A stretch of DNA of 64,000 nt from Mobula hypostoma (GCF_963921235.1 NC_086108.1:50904001-50968000), one strand, 5' to 3'; counted from the stretch's first letter, positions 38,623 through 52,651 are shown. The notes: a model not told the origin generated them from the letters alone. A program made the numbers and translations.

Positions 38623-40091
38623 TATACAATAATTGTTTGGGTGTTGTTAATTTTCCCCATTTCACCTGGGATGGTATCCATGTACATTATTTCTGATGGG
38701 AAAAATGTCAAAGAGACTTTGTTTGTGAAAATATCATAAGCTGGTTAAGGTACAGAGGAAAAACACAATCATTTGGAAAACAGTGCAGTGTCTCTGTAAG
38801 GCTCCAGCATGAAGGCCACCAACCATATTTAAAGAAATCAAGTTATTTTTGCTAACTTCCAGCACTTCTCAAAGTTCAATATATCCGAAGGGAAACCGGT
38901 CTGATCGGTTTTGTTACTGTCTCTGACACAAATTATCTGGTGGAAAGTATGTGTGATACAATTGGATTGCCTCTGAATATACAGGTTGCTTGGAAACTTG
39001 AAGGAAAACGGAAACGACAGGAACTTGGCACAAGACCTTATGAATAAAAGGGCACAGGGAAAACTTATACCACTTCACTGAGCAGCAGCACATGAACTCC
39101 TCTACTTTAACACTGTTGCTGCAGACTCTGTAACTGGCAAAAACACGGTCACTCTCACTTTTTACACTATGTGATCCTTTCAGGCTGCACTCATCATGGC
39201 ACCACTGCTTGCAGTACCATGTTGTATCAAAAAGCACAGTCAGCCTCTATAAACTAAGTTCATAGAAATGCAAAAGACAGTATGAGATTTGCCCAAATGG
39301 ATTCCCTTTGGAGCGAAGTACATTGATGACTTTGATAAACTTAAAGAAAAACTTAAAGCTTTAATAAATAACGCAACTTTGTTGACATTGGTATTTACTA
39401 AGATTTGCTCTGTTGTAGACCAGTTAGCTGATATCTTGACTTGTATGTCATTACAGAGCAAGCATAAGGTAGGATCAGAACTTCAGATGGCAGACAAACT
39501 CCATGAAATTGTGTATCATCTTTCAGTTTGCCTCTCCAAAAGGTCACCAACTGCCTTGTTCTTTAAAATGATCATTTCCTGCTATAATGTCTCATTTAGT
39601 GTACAATGGCATGTCAAAGGATACAACTTCAAATTGTTCTTCATGGTCCTGATATTCCAGGCCCTGAATTTCATATTGTGAAATAAAATTTGCACCCCAG
39701 GCTTTACAGAGCAGGATCTGATTGAGCAGCAAAGGGGTCCATAACAACTGAAGTTCTGGCTCTGCTACATGGATATTAATGTTTACTCATTTGTAAGCAC
39801 ACGTATTGCTGTCTGGCATAGTTTAGTTGTTCACTTGTGTGCATACTACGCAAGTTCAGTCACTGGATTCCTTGCCCATTACCTCCCTCCTGGCTTGTTA
39901 CTTTCATTCTTGCCCTCCTTCTTGCCACAGTCCAATTGCTTTCTACAGAGCCTTGCTATAATACCAGGCACCATTGCTGATCCCTGGTATCTGAACGCAT
40001 CCTTGACACTAGCTCTAGAAATAAACCTAACCATTTTCCAGGTCTTGGCCCAGCTAGACATCTAATCGAGTTTCCAATCCATAGATTTTAC

Positions 40092-40154
40092 CCTTGAATT
40101 TAAAGCCACCATCTGCAGTTTCCTCTTCTTCTTTGACAACTCTTTGATCTTGAT
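40092..40154 (-). CDS. ODR4: ODR4 candidate 63-nt linker exon (DQDQRVVKEEEETADGGFKFK)
   Basis: Acceptor tgttttgttttaag|, donor AGG|GTAAAA, phase 1-1. Purine-rich exon-like composition; acidic linker before the transmembrane helix. Confidence 0.68.
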
Positions 40155-40809
40155 CTTAAAACAAAACACATAGCATTCTAATTAGTCAAAAAAAGCTTTG
40201 TTCCCTATGCAAACATAGCTCAAACTTCTTTAAGTATACTTGTCTATGGATAATCTTTGCATGCTGGGTAATTATTAAATAAACAAAGCATTACTAACAG
40301 CAGAAAATATTTAAACTTTCATAATTAATGAGGAACAACTCAATTTTGAACTCTCTCAATATACAGAAGCTATCTAGTCATACTGTATTTCCTCAGGACT
40401 TAAGATGTATTCAAGTTTTGAATATATTTGACCATAAATTCAGTGGCGTTTTTATGCATTTGATGTAATTTCAAATTATATTTACATGTTGTACCACACT
40501 ATATAATAAGGCTATAAAAACTTGCAATAAAACATTTTTTGAATTCCATGATATTCCATGATAGTGTGTGTGAAGCGCAGATTCAAATATCGCTGTGATG
40601 ATTGTACGTTCTAGTACTAATTGTTTGGTGACAATAAAGTATAAAGTATTCATAAGTATTGGAAGAAGAATAACTTGCTTTATGAGGTTTGTTTTCTCCA
40701 CTTATATTCTTTTGATAAATGCCATTTCGCATTTCAAGTCTATGCTGGCTCTCAGATAATTTATTTTTCTTGTAATTTATTCTCATATAGTTTACTGAAG
40801 TGTTCATAC

Positions 40810-43800
40810 CCAAGATACATGCTTCAGATAGATGGGTAACCATTAGGAGAGGCAAGAGGAGTAGGATGTTAACACAGGGTTCCCCTGTGGCCATTCCCTT
40901 CAGCAATAAGTGTGCCCCTTTGGATACAGGGGTGGGAAGTGGGGAAATGACCTACCAGGCACAGCAGAAGTTAAGTCAATAGATTTGTAACCAGCTCCAA
41001 GGCTCAGCAGGGAAGGGCAAAGTCAGACTGAACATTAATGAATCGAAACTCGCTAGTTAGGAGAACAGAGAGGAGATTCTATGCCTGCCAGAGGCACTAA
41101 GATGGTGTGGTTTCTCCCAGGTGCTAAGTCGAATACGTGTCAGAATGGCTATAGAATATTCTCAAGGAGAGAGTGAGCTGCCAAAAGTCGTGTTGCATGT
41201 TAGCACCACTGACATAAGATAGAATGAGGGAAGAGGTACAGCGCAGTAAGTATAGAGAGCTAGGAAAGAGGCTGATAAGCAGGACCTCAAATGTAGTAAT
41301 CTCAAGATTACACCTGCTGCCATGTGCTAGTCAGGACCGGAATAGAACGACAGAACAGATGGATGGATGAATGAATGAATGAAATGGCTGAGAAACTGCT
41401 ACAGGGAGCAGGATTTCAGACTCTTGGATTATTTGAGCCTTTTCAGAGGAAGGGATAACCTGCACAAGAGGGATAGGTTGAACCCTAACTGTGGAGGGAA
41501 CTAATATCCCAGCCGAGTGTTTCACTAGTGCTACATGAGAGGGTTCACACTGGTTTAGTAGAGGGACAGGAACCAGAACACCAGGATTAAGAAGCAGTAA
41601 GATATCATGACCAGTAAGATAGGGCAGGAGCAATGTCACAGAGGGCAATGCCACAGCTAAAGTATATGTACTTTAATGCTAGCAGTATTAAAGGTGAGGG
41701 TCATGAATACATTAGTACATGGAACTATAACATTATGGCCATAACAGACACAAGGTTGAGAGGGGCACAGAAATGAATGCTTAATATTCTAGAGTTTCAA
41801 TGTTTCAGAAAAGATAAATGAATCAGAATTAGAATCAGATTTGCTTTCAGACATATTGTGAAATTTGGTGTTTTGCAGAGCAATACAGTGGAATACATAA
41901 AAATGTTTATAAGTTACAATAAGAAGTACAAACATAAAAAAGTAAGAGAGCAGAACAATGGGGCAGTGTTGATGGACTATTCAGAAATTTGATGGTGGAG
42001 GGGAAGAAGCTGTTCCTAAAACATTGAGTATGTGTCTTCAGGGTCCTGTATTTCCTTCCTGAGGATAATGAGAAAAAGACATGTCCTGGATGGTGAGGGT
42101 CCTTAATGTTGGATACTGCCTTTAGCCATTGACTTTTGAAGATGTCCTCAGTGGTGGGGAGGCTAGTGCCCATGATAGAGCCAGCTGAGTTTGTAATTTT
42201 CTGCAGCTTTTTCTGATCCTTTGTATCGGTTCCTCCATACCAGATGGCGATGCAACCTGTTAGAATGCTGTCCACTGTACATCTGCAGAAATTTGCGAGT
42301 CTTATATACCAAATCTCTTCAAACTCCTAATGAAATAACTGCTGGCATGCCTTTTTCCTAATTGCATCAATATGTTGGGCCCAGAATAGACTCCTCGATG
42401 AGGACTGATATATGTTCTGCCAACTTCTCCTTCCTTCAGTCAACAATCATTCCTTGGTCTTACTGACTTTGAGTGTAAGGTTGTTGTGGTGTCACCATTC
42501 AACCAGTCAATCTATCTTACTCTTGGACACCTGTTCGTCATCATCTGAGATTCTGCCAACAGCAGTTGTGTCATAAGCAAGTTTATAAATGGCACTTGCT
42601 TGGCCACACAATTATGAGCGTAGAGAGCACAGAGCAGAGGGTTAAGCATGCATCTTTTAAGGGAAACCTGCATTGTTTGTCAGCGGAGATGTTATTTTCT
42701 ATCTGAACTGTCTGTGATCACCGAATGAGGAAGTTAAGGATCTAATTGCAGAGGGAAGTCCAAAGGCCCAGGTTTCAAATCTTGTTGATTAGTACTGACA
42801 GAATAATAGTATTGAGCGCTGAGCAGTAACCAATAGACAGCACCCTAATGAAGGCTTGCTAATTTCTAGGTCGTCCAAGGCTGAGTGCAGAGCCAATGAG
42901 ACTGCATCTGCTGTAGACCTGTTGTGGTGGTAGACAAATTGCAGTGGGCTTTGATCCTTACTTAGACAGAAGTTACTTTTAAGCATTACCAACCTCTCAA
43001 AGCACTTCATCATAATAGACGTGAGTGCTACTGGGTGGTAGTCATTGAGGCAGCTCACTCTGCTCTTCTTGAGCACTGGTATGATTGATATCCTTCTGAA
43101 GCAGATGCGAACCTTCAACTGCAGTGAAAAAATTGAAGACGTCCTTGAACACTCCAACCAGTAAGCTGCATGGTTTTTTGGTTTCTGCCAGGTACGCCAT
43201 TGGGGCTTTGAGAGCTCATCCTTTTGAAAGGTGTTCTGCCATTGGACTCTGATAACACAGGGTTGCCACGACGCTGCAGGGAACTGCACAGATAGAGTTT
43301 TGTTCTCCATCTCAAAGCATGCATATAAAGAGTTCACCTCATCAGGGAGTGAAGCACCCCAGCCATTTATGACGTTAGGTTTCGCCTTGCAGGAACCTAA
43401 CCATGCTGTAGCTAACAAGCATCCAATTCTATCTCCAACTTCACTTGGAATTGCTTTTTCACTTTTAAGATAACCTTGGCAGTTTCCCTGCCAAAGATCA
43501 ACAGATTTTTTAAACATTTTAAAACTATGTTGCTTACTGAAGTATCCACAGCTGTGACTGTAGATTTCAGATGTATTAGTCTTAAACAGGAATATTTGAT
43601 GATTCCCTTTGGAGCCGCACATAAGAGAGTCGCCACTACCTGATGTCATCTTGACAAGGTTGGGGAGGGAAGTAGGACAATATCACAGCCACACTCAGAG
43701 TGGACATATGGAGAGGGGTCATCCACTGAGTCTACACAGGTAAAACTCAAAAATAAGAATGGTGCAATCACTTACATGGGATTATAATATGGAACCTCCA

Positions 43801-44020
43801 AGAGTGGAGGTTGAGGGGAGATCTGATAGATGATTGTAAGATTATGAGAGGCATAGAGAAGACAGCCAGTATATTTATCCCAGGGTTGTATGAGTAATAC
43901 CAGAGTGCTTTCATTTAAGGTGAGAAGGGGCAAGTTCAAAGGAGATATGAGAGGCAAGTTTTCTTTTACACAGACAGTGGTGGGTAGCTGGAATACACTG
44001 CCAAGCAAAGACTGTTGAAG
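40810..44020 (+). mobile_element. Degenerate CR1 (ORF1/esterase-like and early ORF2 remnants) split by a Rex1-type element
   Basis: WVTIRRGK...PVAIPFSN CR1-ORF1-like remnant. Endonuclease start near 41660; resumes at about 43660. Confidence 0.6.
41820..43655 (-). mobile_element. Internally deleted Rex1/Babar-type LINE with both ends
   Basis: 5' end caagatgacatc. CLNDYHPVALTSIMMKCFERLV, QFVY..NRSTADAV and SILTGCIAIWYG remnants. (gattct)n-like tail at 41820-41838. Confidence 0.8.
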
Positions 44021-45916
44021 CTGCAACATTTTGCTCAATGGCAGGCTAACTGTCATTCAGCAACAGCTTTAACTGATTCAATTAAGAAACTGATTCAGTT
44101 CAAGAAAGCCACCACAAAAATAGGCAAAATATGCAAACTAAATTCTGATCCATTTTCACCCAGGTGCCTTGTGTTTCAACATTGTGAGCAGAAACAGATA
44201 AATTGGGTGAAACATACTATTCTCAGTCTGGTGAAAATCTCTAAAGTTTTCATATTTTGATAAAAAGAAGATGAGGGGAAAACATTTCAATTATACAAAT
44301 GCTTGAGTTATTCTTCATAAATTAAGCACATTGTATATTTAGTGGAGGAAAAGGTATTGTGAAAAAGCACACTCAGAACAGATTTTGACAATTCAGCATT
44401 TGAATGACAAGTCAACATTGCAAGGTAAATGTGCATGCAAACATTTTATATTTATTTGGAATCTGAAAAAGGAATAAAATTTATTAACCAAGTATTTTTG
44501 AAGAAATGGCATGAAGGTTAGATAATTCGAGTTGGGATAAGGGGACGGAAGATCTGTTTGAAAGTGTGAAAGAACAAGTGGAAACATTTTAAGCATGCTG
44601 AATTAAGGGTTGGGTACTCTCAGAAATTTCAGCTCTTTTGTTGCAGTGTTCCAATGAAAAACAATAAATAGACTTGGAATGCACAACCGTTTTCACATAT
44701 TAAAACTTATTTACAAGGAGGGCTAGAAAATGGCTTGCAGGATAAAGTTGCAATAGCAGATGAAAAGGGGCCTGTTTTGTCTCAAAGAACTGATGAGCTT
44801 GAAGAGTGTTGCTACATGTAGGGATGGTAAGTATAGAGATTGGGACACCAAGGGTATCACAGTGATGAAGAAATGTAAGTAATAAACTACCCTTTCAGCC
44901 TCTACCTCTACCCCTTATTCCAACACACAGGCTTGTTACACATCTTTATGATTCCACCGAACTACTATCACTGCTGTGCTTGTCTTTGGGTGTATCATTG
45001 TGATTGTAAGAGAAAGGTAGGATAAAGTTTCTCAATTGACCTAATTTCTTACAGAGGATAAAATGAAGTCATAAGTAATCTGTAAAGTGGAGCATCAAAT
45101 GAGTTACCTAAAAGGTAAAGTATCAATTAAGGGTTTAATTATTCCAAGACTGAATGGTAACAATATTCTCTTCTGAGTAGGTAGATGTAGTAAATGTCAA
45201 AATACACAGATTAATAGTGGGATTACAAATATTGGAATATTTTTGTCAAATTAGTGCAACAATATTTAAGTATATTTGGGTTCCCAATGAAGCTGTTGTG
45301 TGACCTGTTTTATTTCCTTAAGATTTGGAGACTTTCCTGTTCTCCAGAGTGCCATTCCAGGATCACGTAGCCATAAGATATAGTATCATTCCCTATTCTT
45401 CTCTGAACTTCCAGAACAATAAAACATGGTACTTTATAAGAAATAAGGCTAGTGTTAAATATATTAAGATAGTGAAGATCTAGAGCCCTATTGATCAATT
45501 TCCTTCTTTTCTCCCATGAGTGCCAGATTCCCAGTTTGTATTAAAATTAGAATGCCAGCATAGGTAAAGTCAAATTGTTCTATGTGTGAAGCATACTGGA
45601 GAATGACCCTCTTAGTGAACTATTGTTTCACATTATGACCTTCTCCAACATAACCCATAAAATCAGAAATACAGCCTATATCACTTTATGGGAAGATAGT
45701 CTTTAGGTTAAATTTTAAGCCGAACATCAACTTGTATGAAAATAACCACACAGCAGGAAAACAAAACTGCATTTTTCTTCTTGCTATTTTGCCATAACTA
45801 TAAAAACAATAATTTCCCTTCAGATTACATTTTTCCCCATTAAATACTGGAATGTAGAGAAACTATAAACATATCTCCAATTTTTTATACTTAAATTACA
45901 TTCATTTTAATTTTAC

Positions 45917-45943
45917 CTTGGACAGGTTCGACCCCCATCTCTT
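45917..45943 (-). CDS. ODR4: ODR4 candidate 27-nt microexon (E-EMGVEPVQ)
   Basis: tttctttttttct tract, then ctgtag| acceptor and AAG|GTAAAA donor. Frame-preserving, phase 1-1, no stop. Confidence 0.55.
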
Positions 45944-46787
45944 CTACAGATTTTGCATTCAGTATATAGAAAAAAAGAAACAAATATTAGACATCTGGAA
46001 ATCAGAAAAGAAATAAAAGGACAACAATGAACTAAGATAGTTAAATAATGACATGAGCTTGGGTAATAACAGAACTTTGGCCTGAGAAAGGATGTAAAAC
46101 AGGATGATCAGCTACAGTCTGTGTTATGTACTCTACCTTATTTTCTTTTCTTAATTTGGAGTGCAACGACTAAAGAATCACATACCAGCCATTTTCAGAA
46201 GCTAGAAGTTCTGGCGAATGTTTTTGTTTAAGTATTTAAAATATACAAAAATCTCACAGTCCTAGTACAACTAATAAACAAAACAGTTAAAAAATTGTAC
46301 AATGTACAATGAAAATGAAGAACAATTAACAGTTTTTGTTACAGCCCAGGCTATTTCCCAATGTCATTTTCCGATGCTGCCAACTGAAACATCATCTGTG
46401 TTGTGTTGTGAGCCTTTTATGAACCAAACAGTATCCATAAAGCTGTTATGTAATTTCACCAGAGCTAAAATTCCACCATTTTATCACTAGACTTTTAAAA
46501 ATCAGGGCTAGTACAGGATGCCTCATACATAAGAAGCAGAGTGCAAAACACATGTTACAGATTAAATTACACATCTTTCTTTGGGCAACATAGGTGTAGA
46601 AGTAAAACAACAAAATAAAACATACTGTTGTTTTTCATCTGCATGGATATTTTGGGATTTGAAGTTGTGTCTGATAATGAATTAAAAATAACACTGATGT
46701 TTTAATTTTGTTGGCAGATCCCATTACAGTCACCAATGTCCATATAATCATACTGGTCTGAAAATATAGTGGATATGAATGAAACTT

Positions 46788-47118
46788 ATAGAGTCATGGA
46801 AAAGTACAGGACAGAAACAGGTGCTTCAGCCCATCTAGTCTGTGCAGAACCATTTAATTTGCCTACTTCCATTGACCTGCACCAGAACCACAGCCCACCA
46901 TACCCTTTCAAACTTCTCTTAAAATGTTGAAATCAAGCTCGCATGCACCACTAATGCTGGCGGCTTTTTCCAATCTCACGACACTCTGAGTGAAGAAGTT
47001 TCCTCCCATGTTCCTCTTAAACTTTGCACCTTTCACCCTCAACCCATGACCTCTAGTTGTAGTGCCACCCAACCTCAGTGGAAAAAGCCTGCATTTACCC
47101 TACATTTACTCCTCATAA
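46788..47118 (-). mobile_element. CR1 3' end fragment
   Basis: Homologous to 38342-38622 and to the 3' end of 28901-31594. Confidence 0.8.
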
Positions 47119-48244
47119 AAGAATTTGAGTACATTGATCTAACTGTATATGTAATTGACTCATACAACTTATCATCACTCTTTTAGTTTAACAAACCACA
47201 GATATCTTTCTCAATTGCTGTTTTACACTATTTGCTTTATGTATATTTTTTCCTTAAATTGGGATCACAAAGAATTGCATCAGAGGTTTAACAACATTAT
47301 TTGTGCTGCTGGTTTAACATAATTCACCCTCACTTCATGCAAAATTCAAAACAAGCAACAAAAGCAGAAAACAGTCTTTGCGGTATTTGGTTTAATGTTC
47401 ATGTTAATAGTGAATGTGGTTTTCAAAATAGAAAGGTCGCTGAACTGAGTCTCAAAAGCAACAACATCAGCATAGGTGGAAATCTGAGACCTGATTACAG
47501 ACTGGTAATTCATTAAAAGATCAACAAGGAAAGCAACTGATTTAATATTTCCTTGCACTTGACTGGTCATATGTAATTTAAATCATTAACATGTAGCATA
47601 ATTTAACTGGCTGGTTCAATATGCCAAGACTTTTCAATAGTTTTGTTTTCTTCAGGATTAATATTATGTCATGGACTGAGAAAAGTAACATCAATCTCCC
47701 AAAGTCTACTGTGAAAGCTACTTGAATGATGGCTGTTAGGTCAAATTTATATGATTAAGTTCAAGATATGCACTGGGGCCCAGTTATTTAAGCTCCTCAT
47801 AACAATCACATAGGAAGGAAACTAATCACTAATTTTCTCTTCACTCAGGGTCTTTGGTTGACTTAATTGAGACAATGATCTTTAATCAACATCAATCTGC
47901 TGAATTTGACTTTAAGGATACAAATGAAGTGCATGAAAAGCCAATTGTAACAATATGCTTTTTCAAAATGCAATATGTCTGTGATGCAAGTTCTCTGATA
48001 ATAATTCAGCATTAGGATGAACTGATAATGTGATGCTGACTGGACTTTCATATTCAGATGTCTGTTGCTCACTTGCTGAGGAGTTGCTTGGTACTTCTTT
48101 AATTCTAAAGATTTTTTTTAAACTATCAATGGGAATATAGGAAAATGTTTCATCTTCAAATGTGAGAAATTTAAGTCTCATAACTTGTAATTGCAATATA
48201 TTGAAATGCTCAATTTTGTGTCAAGCTAGAAACAGCATAAAAAC

Positions 48245-49032
48245 AATGAATTCACCAGATTGAATGCCCTGTCTCAAGAAATTCCTCATCTCTGTTATAA
48301 ATGGCTGTCCTTCTATTCTGAGGTTGTGCCCTTTGGTCCCAGACTCTCCCACTGTAGAAACATCCTCTCCATGGCCACTCTTTTTAGGCCTTTCAATATT
48401 TGATAGGTTTCCATAAGATCCCACCCTACCGTCATTTTTGTAAACTCCAGTGAGTATAGGCACAAAGCCATCAAAGCTCTTCATATGTTAACCCCTTCAT
48501 TCCCAGAACCATTCTCATGGACCTCCTCAAAAGGATCCTTTCTAATGCCAGCAGATCTTTTCAAAGGGGCCCAAAACTGCTCATTATACTTCAAGTGCAG
48601 TTTGTCCAATGCCCTATAAAGCCTCAACATTACATCCTTACTTTTATATTCTAGTCCTCTTGAAATGAATGCTAACATTGCATTTGCATTCCTTAAACAC
48701 CAACTCAACCTTCAAGTTAACCTTTAGGGAATCCTGCAGGAGACTCCCAAGTCCCCTTACATCTCTAATTTCTGAATTTGCTCCCCAATTAGAAGTAGTC
48801 TGCGCCCTTATGCCTTCTACCTATGTGCATCATCATACACTTCACTATACTAATCTCCATCTGACAGTTCCTTGTTCATTTGACTAATCTGTCAAAGTCT
48901 TTCTGCAGATTCCACGCTTCCTCAACACTACAGTCCCTATAAAAAGTATCTACCCTTCCATCTATTTTTGTATGCTCTACAAACTTGGCCACAAAGCCAT
49001 TCATTCTATCATCTAGATCACTGACATATAAC
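48245..49032 (-). mobile_element. CR1 RT C-terminal fragment
   Basis: NAMLAFISRGLEYKSKDVMLRLYRAL remnant. Confidence 0.85.
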
Positions 49033-49547
49033 GTGGTTTACACTCACCAACTGATACATTCTTCTAACATCTATGACACTTACCTTCTGAAATCAAAACA
49101 TAAGAGTTATAATTCTAAACAACTTCCTATTACCCTTATTATTTTGACTGGTGAAAATTGTATCATAAAGGCAGTCATGTTCACAATTATTCTTTTTGTA
49201 ACCAATAAATTACATGTAATGCTTTTATTAATTGGAAAATCAACATAAACCTAATTCATATGCGATATGTTCACTCAGAAGATCACAATGCCATTTTCTA
49301 TGATTAAATGATAGAAACAAGGTTGTTCTAGTTTCTGTAATGCTGTGCAAAAAAATACAGTTCAAAAAGATAAATCAAAGACTTATTAACAAGACCGATC
49401 AACACAAGATAGTAACAGACCAAGAAGTTAAAGAATTTCCAGTAGTTTGAAATCACTACTTGACTAAATGAGATTATGTCTCACAGAAACTTACAAAGGC
49501 AGGAAAACTTAGCCAAAGGACCAACTCAGTTCAGTTAAAACAATATA

Positions 49548-50044
49548 CACTCATTGGCCACTTTATTAGGTACACTTGCACAAATATCTAACCAGCCAAC
49601 CATGTGGCAGCAATTCAATGCATAAAAGAAGGCAGACAAGATCAAGAGGTTCAAAGGTTCAGACCAAACGTCAGAATGGGAAAGAAATGTGGCTTTGACC
49701 ACGGAATGATTGCTAATGCCAGATATGGTGGTTTGAGCATCTCAGAAACTGCTGATCTTCTGGAGTGTTCACGCACAACAGTCTCCAGAATTTACAGAGA
49801 ATGGTGTGAAAAACAAAAAAAAAAATTCATTGAGCGGTGGGCAGTTCTGTGGGTGTTAATCAGAAAGGTCAGACTGGTTCAAGCTGACAGGAAGGCAACA
49901 GTAACTCTAACTACGTGTTACAATGGTGGTGTGCAGAACAGCATCTCTGAATGCAAAATATGTTGAATTTTAAAGTGGATGGGCTGCAGCAGCAGAAGAT
50001 CATACTGGTTCAACTCCTGTACCTAATAAAGTGGCCACTGAATG
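49548..50044 (+). mobile_element. Tc1-like non-autonomous DNA transposon with transposase HTH remnant
   Basis: 27-bp TIRs CACTCATTGGCCACTTTATTAGGTACA / TGTACCTAATAAAGTGGCCACTGAATG flanked by TA. MGKK...GLSISETADLLECSRTTVSRIYREW remnant. Confidence 0.92.
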
Positions 50045-50994
50045 TATGTAGTTCAGACTTGAAGTATAAATAACTATCAGTTTGCTAAAAGCTATTGTTT
50101 TCATCAAAAGATCAACTCATGGCTGGACTTTCAATCAGAATGCATCAACGATCCATGACCTGTTTGACAGAAATACAAAACCTGTACAGCAATGGATTTC
50201 GGATATCTAAGAAAAAGATCCTTACATATTGTTGCTTTCCAAAATTTACTTCAGTTATTTTGCGAGCTGTTTCTAAATTATCCGACTGTTTTTGCCATCT
50301 CTGATAACTGCCATAATTTTTACTGCCTGTCTGCCTTACTTTCTCTGAGCTTATAGATTGCTTTTCTAACCTTTTGCCTTTATCTTGAGAGCTAACTTCC
50401 TTAACTTCAATTTCCAAAATAAGCTCCCCATTGGCTGGTCATGGTTTACTCTTTCGTTACCTCATCCCCCAAAACAGATGTGGTTCATGAATAGATGCAC
50501 ATTTTAACATAATTATATAATTACTTCAGGAATGTATGCACTTGGGAAATCATCTCTATTTTTCTTTGCTGCAGTTTTTAACTGACCCTGTGTTTACATT
50601 TGATATGGACAATTTGCTAAAAGATGATATACCTCCAACATTTTAACAATGATGTCATTGGATGCACTCATAAAATGACAAATATGCAGCATTGTGCATA
50701 AAAATCATCTAATTTACCCAGAGTTGAGTCATTTAATAGTTTCCAGCTCCAATCCAAAACACATTCTCCTTAATTAGCTTCAACTAGTATCTCTGAACAC
50801 TTTATGGCAAATTCTTCTGCTAATAACAAATTCAATAGTTAATGTGAATAAAATATGATTCTGATATTAATCAGTCATTTTATTGTTGTTGGTGTCATAA
50901 TGCTATAATCACAAGTAACTACACTATTATAACTGGAGACCACAATATGCATGCATTGCAGGAAAAACATTCACAATATAATTGCATAGCTTAC

Positions 50995-51183
50995 CCAACA
51001 TGATTTCTTCTGTCCTATCCAGTTGTGCTGGGTGCAGATCATAATCCAACAACTCTTTAAAACGATCTTCCAGGTCCTTACTTCCCTCAGTTGAAAAGCC
51101 ATAATCACAAAAAGCAACACTAGAAGGTAGAACTGAGGCAAACACCCTATGTGGAGCTTTGATGTTTGCAGAATCACCAGCAT
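50995..51183 (-). CDS. ODR4: ODR4 internal exon (DAGDSANIKAPHRVFASVLPSSVAFCDYGFSTEGSKDLEDRFKELLDYDLHPAQLDRTEEIML)
   Basis: Acceptor ttttatttttcaacag, donor G|GTAAG, 189 nt, phase 1-1. The P.RVF...V..CDY.F..E....RF.E.LD pattern is recognisable as the ODR4 C-terminal domain. Position next to PDC fits known synteny. Confidence 0.88.
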
Positions 51184-51742
51184 CTGTTGAAAAATAAAAC
51201 ATGGAATTAATACTTAGATGTGCAGCATTGCCTCACTTCAAAAAAGATTCAAAACAAAAAATTATGTATTTGAAGCTAAATACATAATTTAGTTGTTGCC
51301 GCCTGGGATTTCAAAAATTGGACAAGCAGAGGAAATTCACAAGCAGCACTGGAGGAACTCGGCAGGTTGGGCAGCATCTATGGAGAGAAAAGGTCAGTTG
51401 CCGTTTCTGTCAAGATCATTTCTATTTTTATGTGGCTCCAAAAGAAGAGGACATTTTATTCTTCCACCAGTATAGAGGATCATAATTCAATTGTTTTAAA
51501 TAAATCTCTGCTAAATTGCTTTAGTTCCATTAGCTCATGCTAATGAAAATCACAAAAACACGTAATCTTACATATAATGATGGAAGTTGGCACCAAAGAC
51601 ACACGGGTGTTCAAGAAAGCGAGTGTGCAGTCTACAACAAGAGAATCAGGACAAAACTGCCAGTTCAGTGGAACATACATCCAGGGAGAGGTAAAAGGAA
51701 TAAGCGACGCTAAAGGAATAAAAGAGGTGGAGCGGAGTAATG

Positions 51743-52487
51743 ATGGCGCTGAACGGCAACTCCTTTGCTTGCATCTTCGGAAACAGCTCTATTTCCATCT
51801 TTAATATCTTTCTTTGGAAGACCCTGACCTGGAGTTACATGCTGACTTCGGTTCTTTGTGGGAATGAGACCCGCTCTTGGGATTTCATAACTGACCATTG
51901 AGTCCAGCTCGGATTTGGAAGCCAAGGATCTCAGGGCTCTGGAGACAGGCGGATCTAGGGTTGGTGTCACTGCAGGAAACCTGTGCGTCGCTGGGATATC
52001 TGCTGTGTGCCTGGAGACCTGAAATCTTTGAGATCTTCTGGCACAGAGCTCGAAAAAGGCAACGTAACAGACTTTTAACATCGTAAACCAGCGAGTTGTT
52101 TGTTATGTCTCCCTGCTCACTGGGAAAATGGGACACCTCCTTCTCCCTTATTAGGGAGAGAGCCAGTGGTATGTCGTATACTGGGTGAAAGGCAAAATTT
52201 CTGGGGTAAATACAAGTCTGTGTCTTTGCTATTGCTTTGCTCGTGCTTGAGTGCTTGGTGGTAGGTGCCGATGCTTTTCTTTTTTTTTGCTGGTGGGGGT
52301 GAGGGGGATTGTTGCTCGCTGCTGCTTACACGCAGGAGGGAGAGGAGCTGGGGGGGATTTTAGGGTTCTAACATTTAACTGTCATTCATTCTTTGGGGCA
52401 CTCTATTTTCGTGGATGGCTGCAGAAAAAAAAGCATTTCAGGATGTATATTGTATACATTTCTCTGATATTAAATTGGACCTTTGAA
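51743..52487 (+). mobile_element. Non-coding non-autonomous retroelement
   Basis: Starts ATGGCG, ends attaaattggacctttgaa. Its 3' ~150 bp recurs at 3612-3770. Confidence 0.75.
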
Positions 52488-52651
52488 ACTACAGGAGAAA
52501 GGAAAATAAAATGAAGAGTGTGACAATGAGTGGAAAATTAAATAAAAACCATAACCTGTCTGTTATGATTCAGTGCTATATATTTTTTTGTAACCCAAGC
52601 TAGGTTATGGACTTCTGCATTTAATCCAGGCTGATACTACAGTGCCAAGCT

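Noticed and set aside
39289..39681. 130-aa plus-strand ORF as a gene
   Set aside because: Non-ATG start, no recognisable domain or supported splice structure; lies within an ODR4 intron.
47863..48104. Possible ODR4 exon after tctttag
   Set aside because: A-rich, weak acceptor; no phase-compatible donor; no similarity to ODR4.
50145..50417. 90-aa hydrophilic minus-strand ORF with a GTAAG donor near 50225 as an ODR4 exon
   Set aside because: No convincing acceptor, and the donor phase (0 in this frame) does not fit the phase-1 neighbours.
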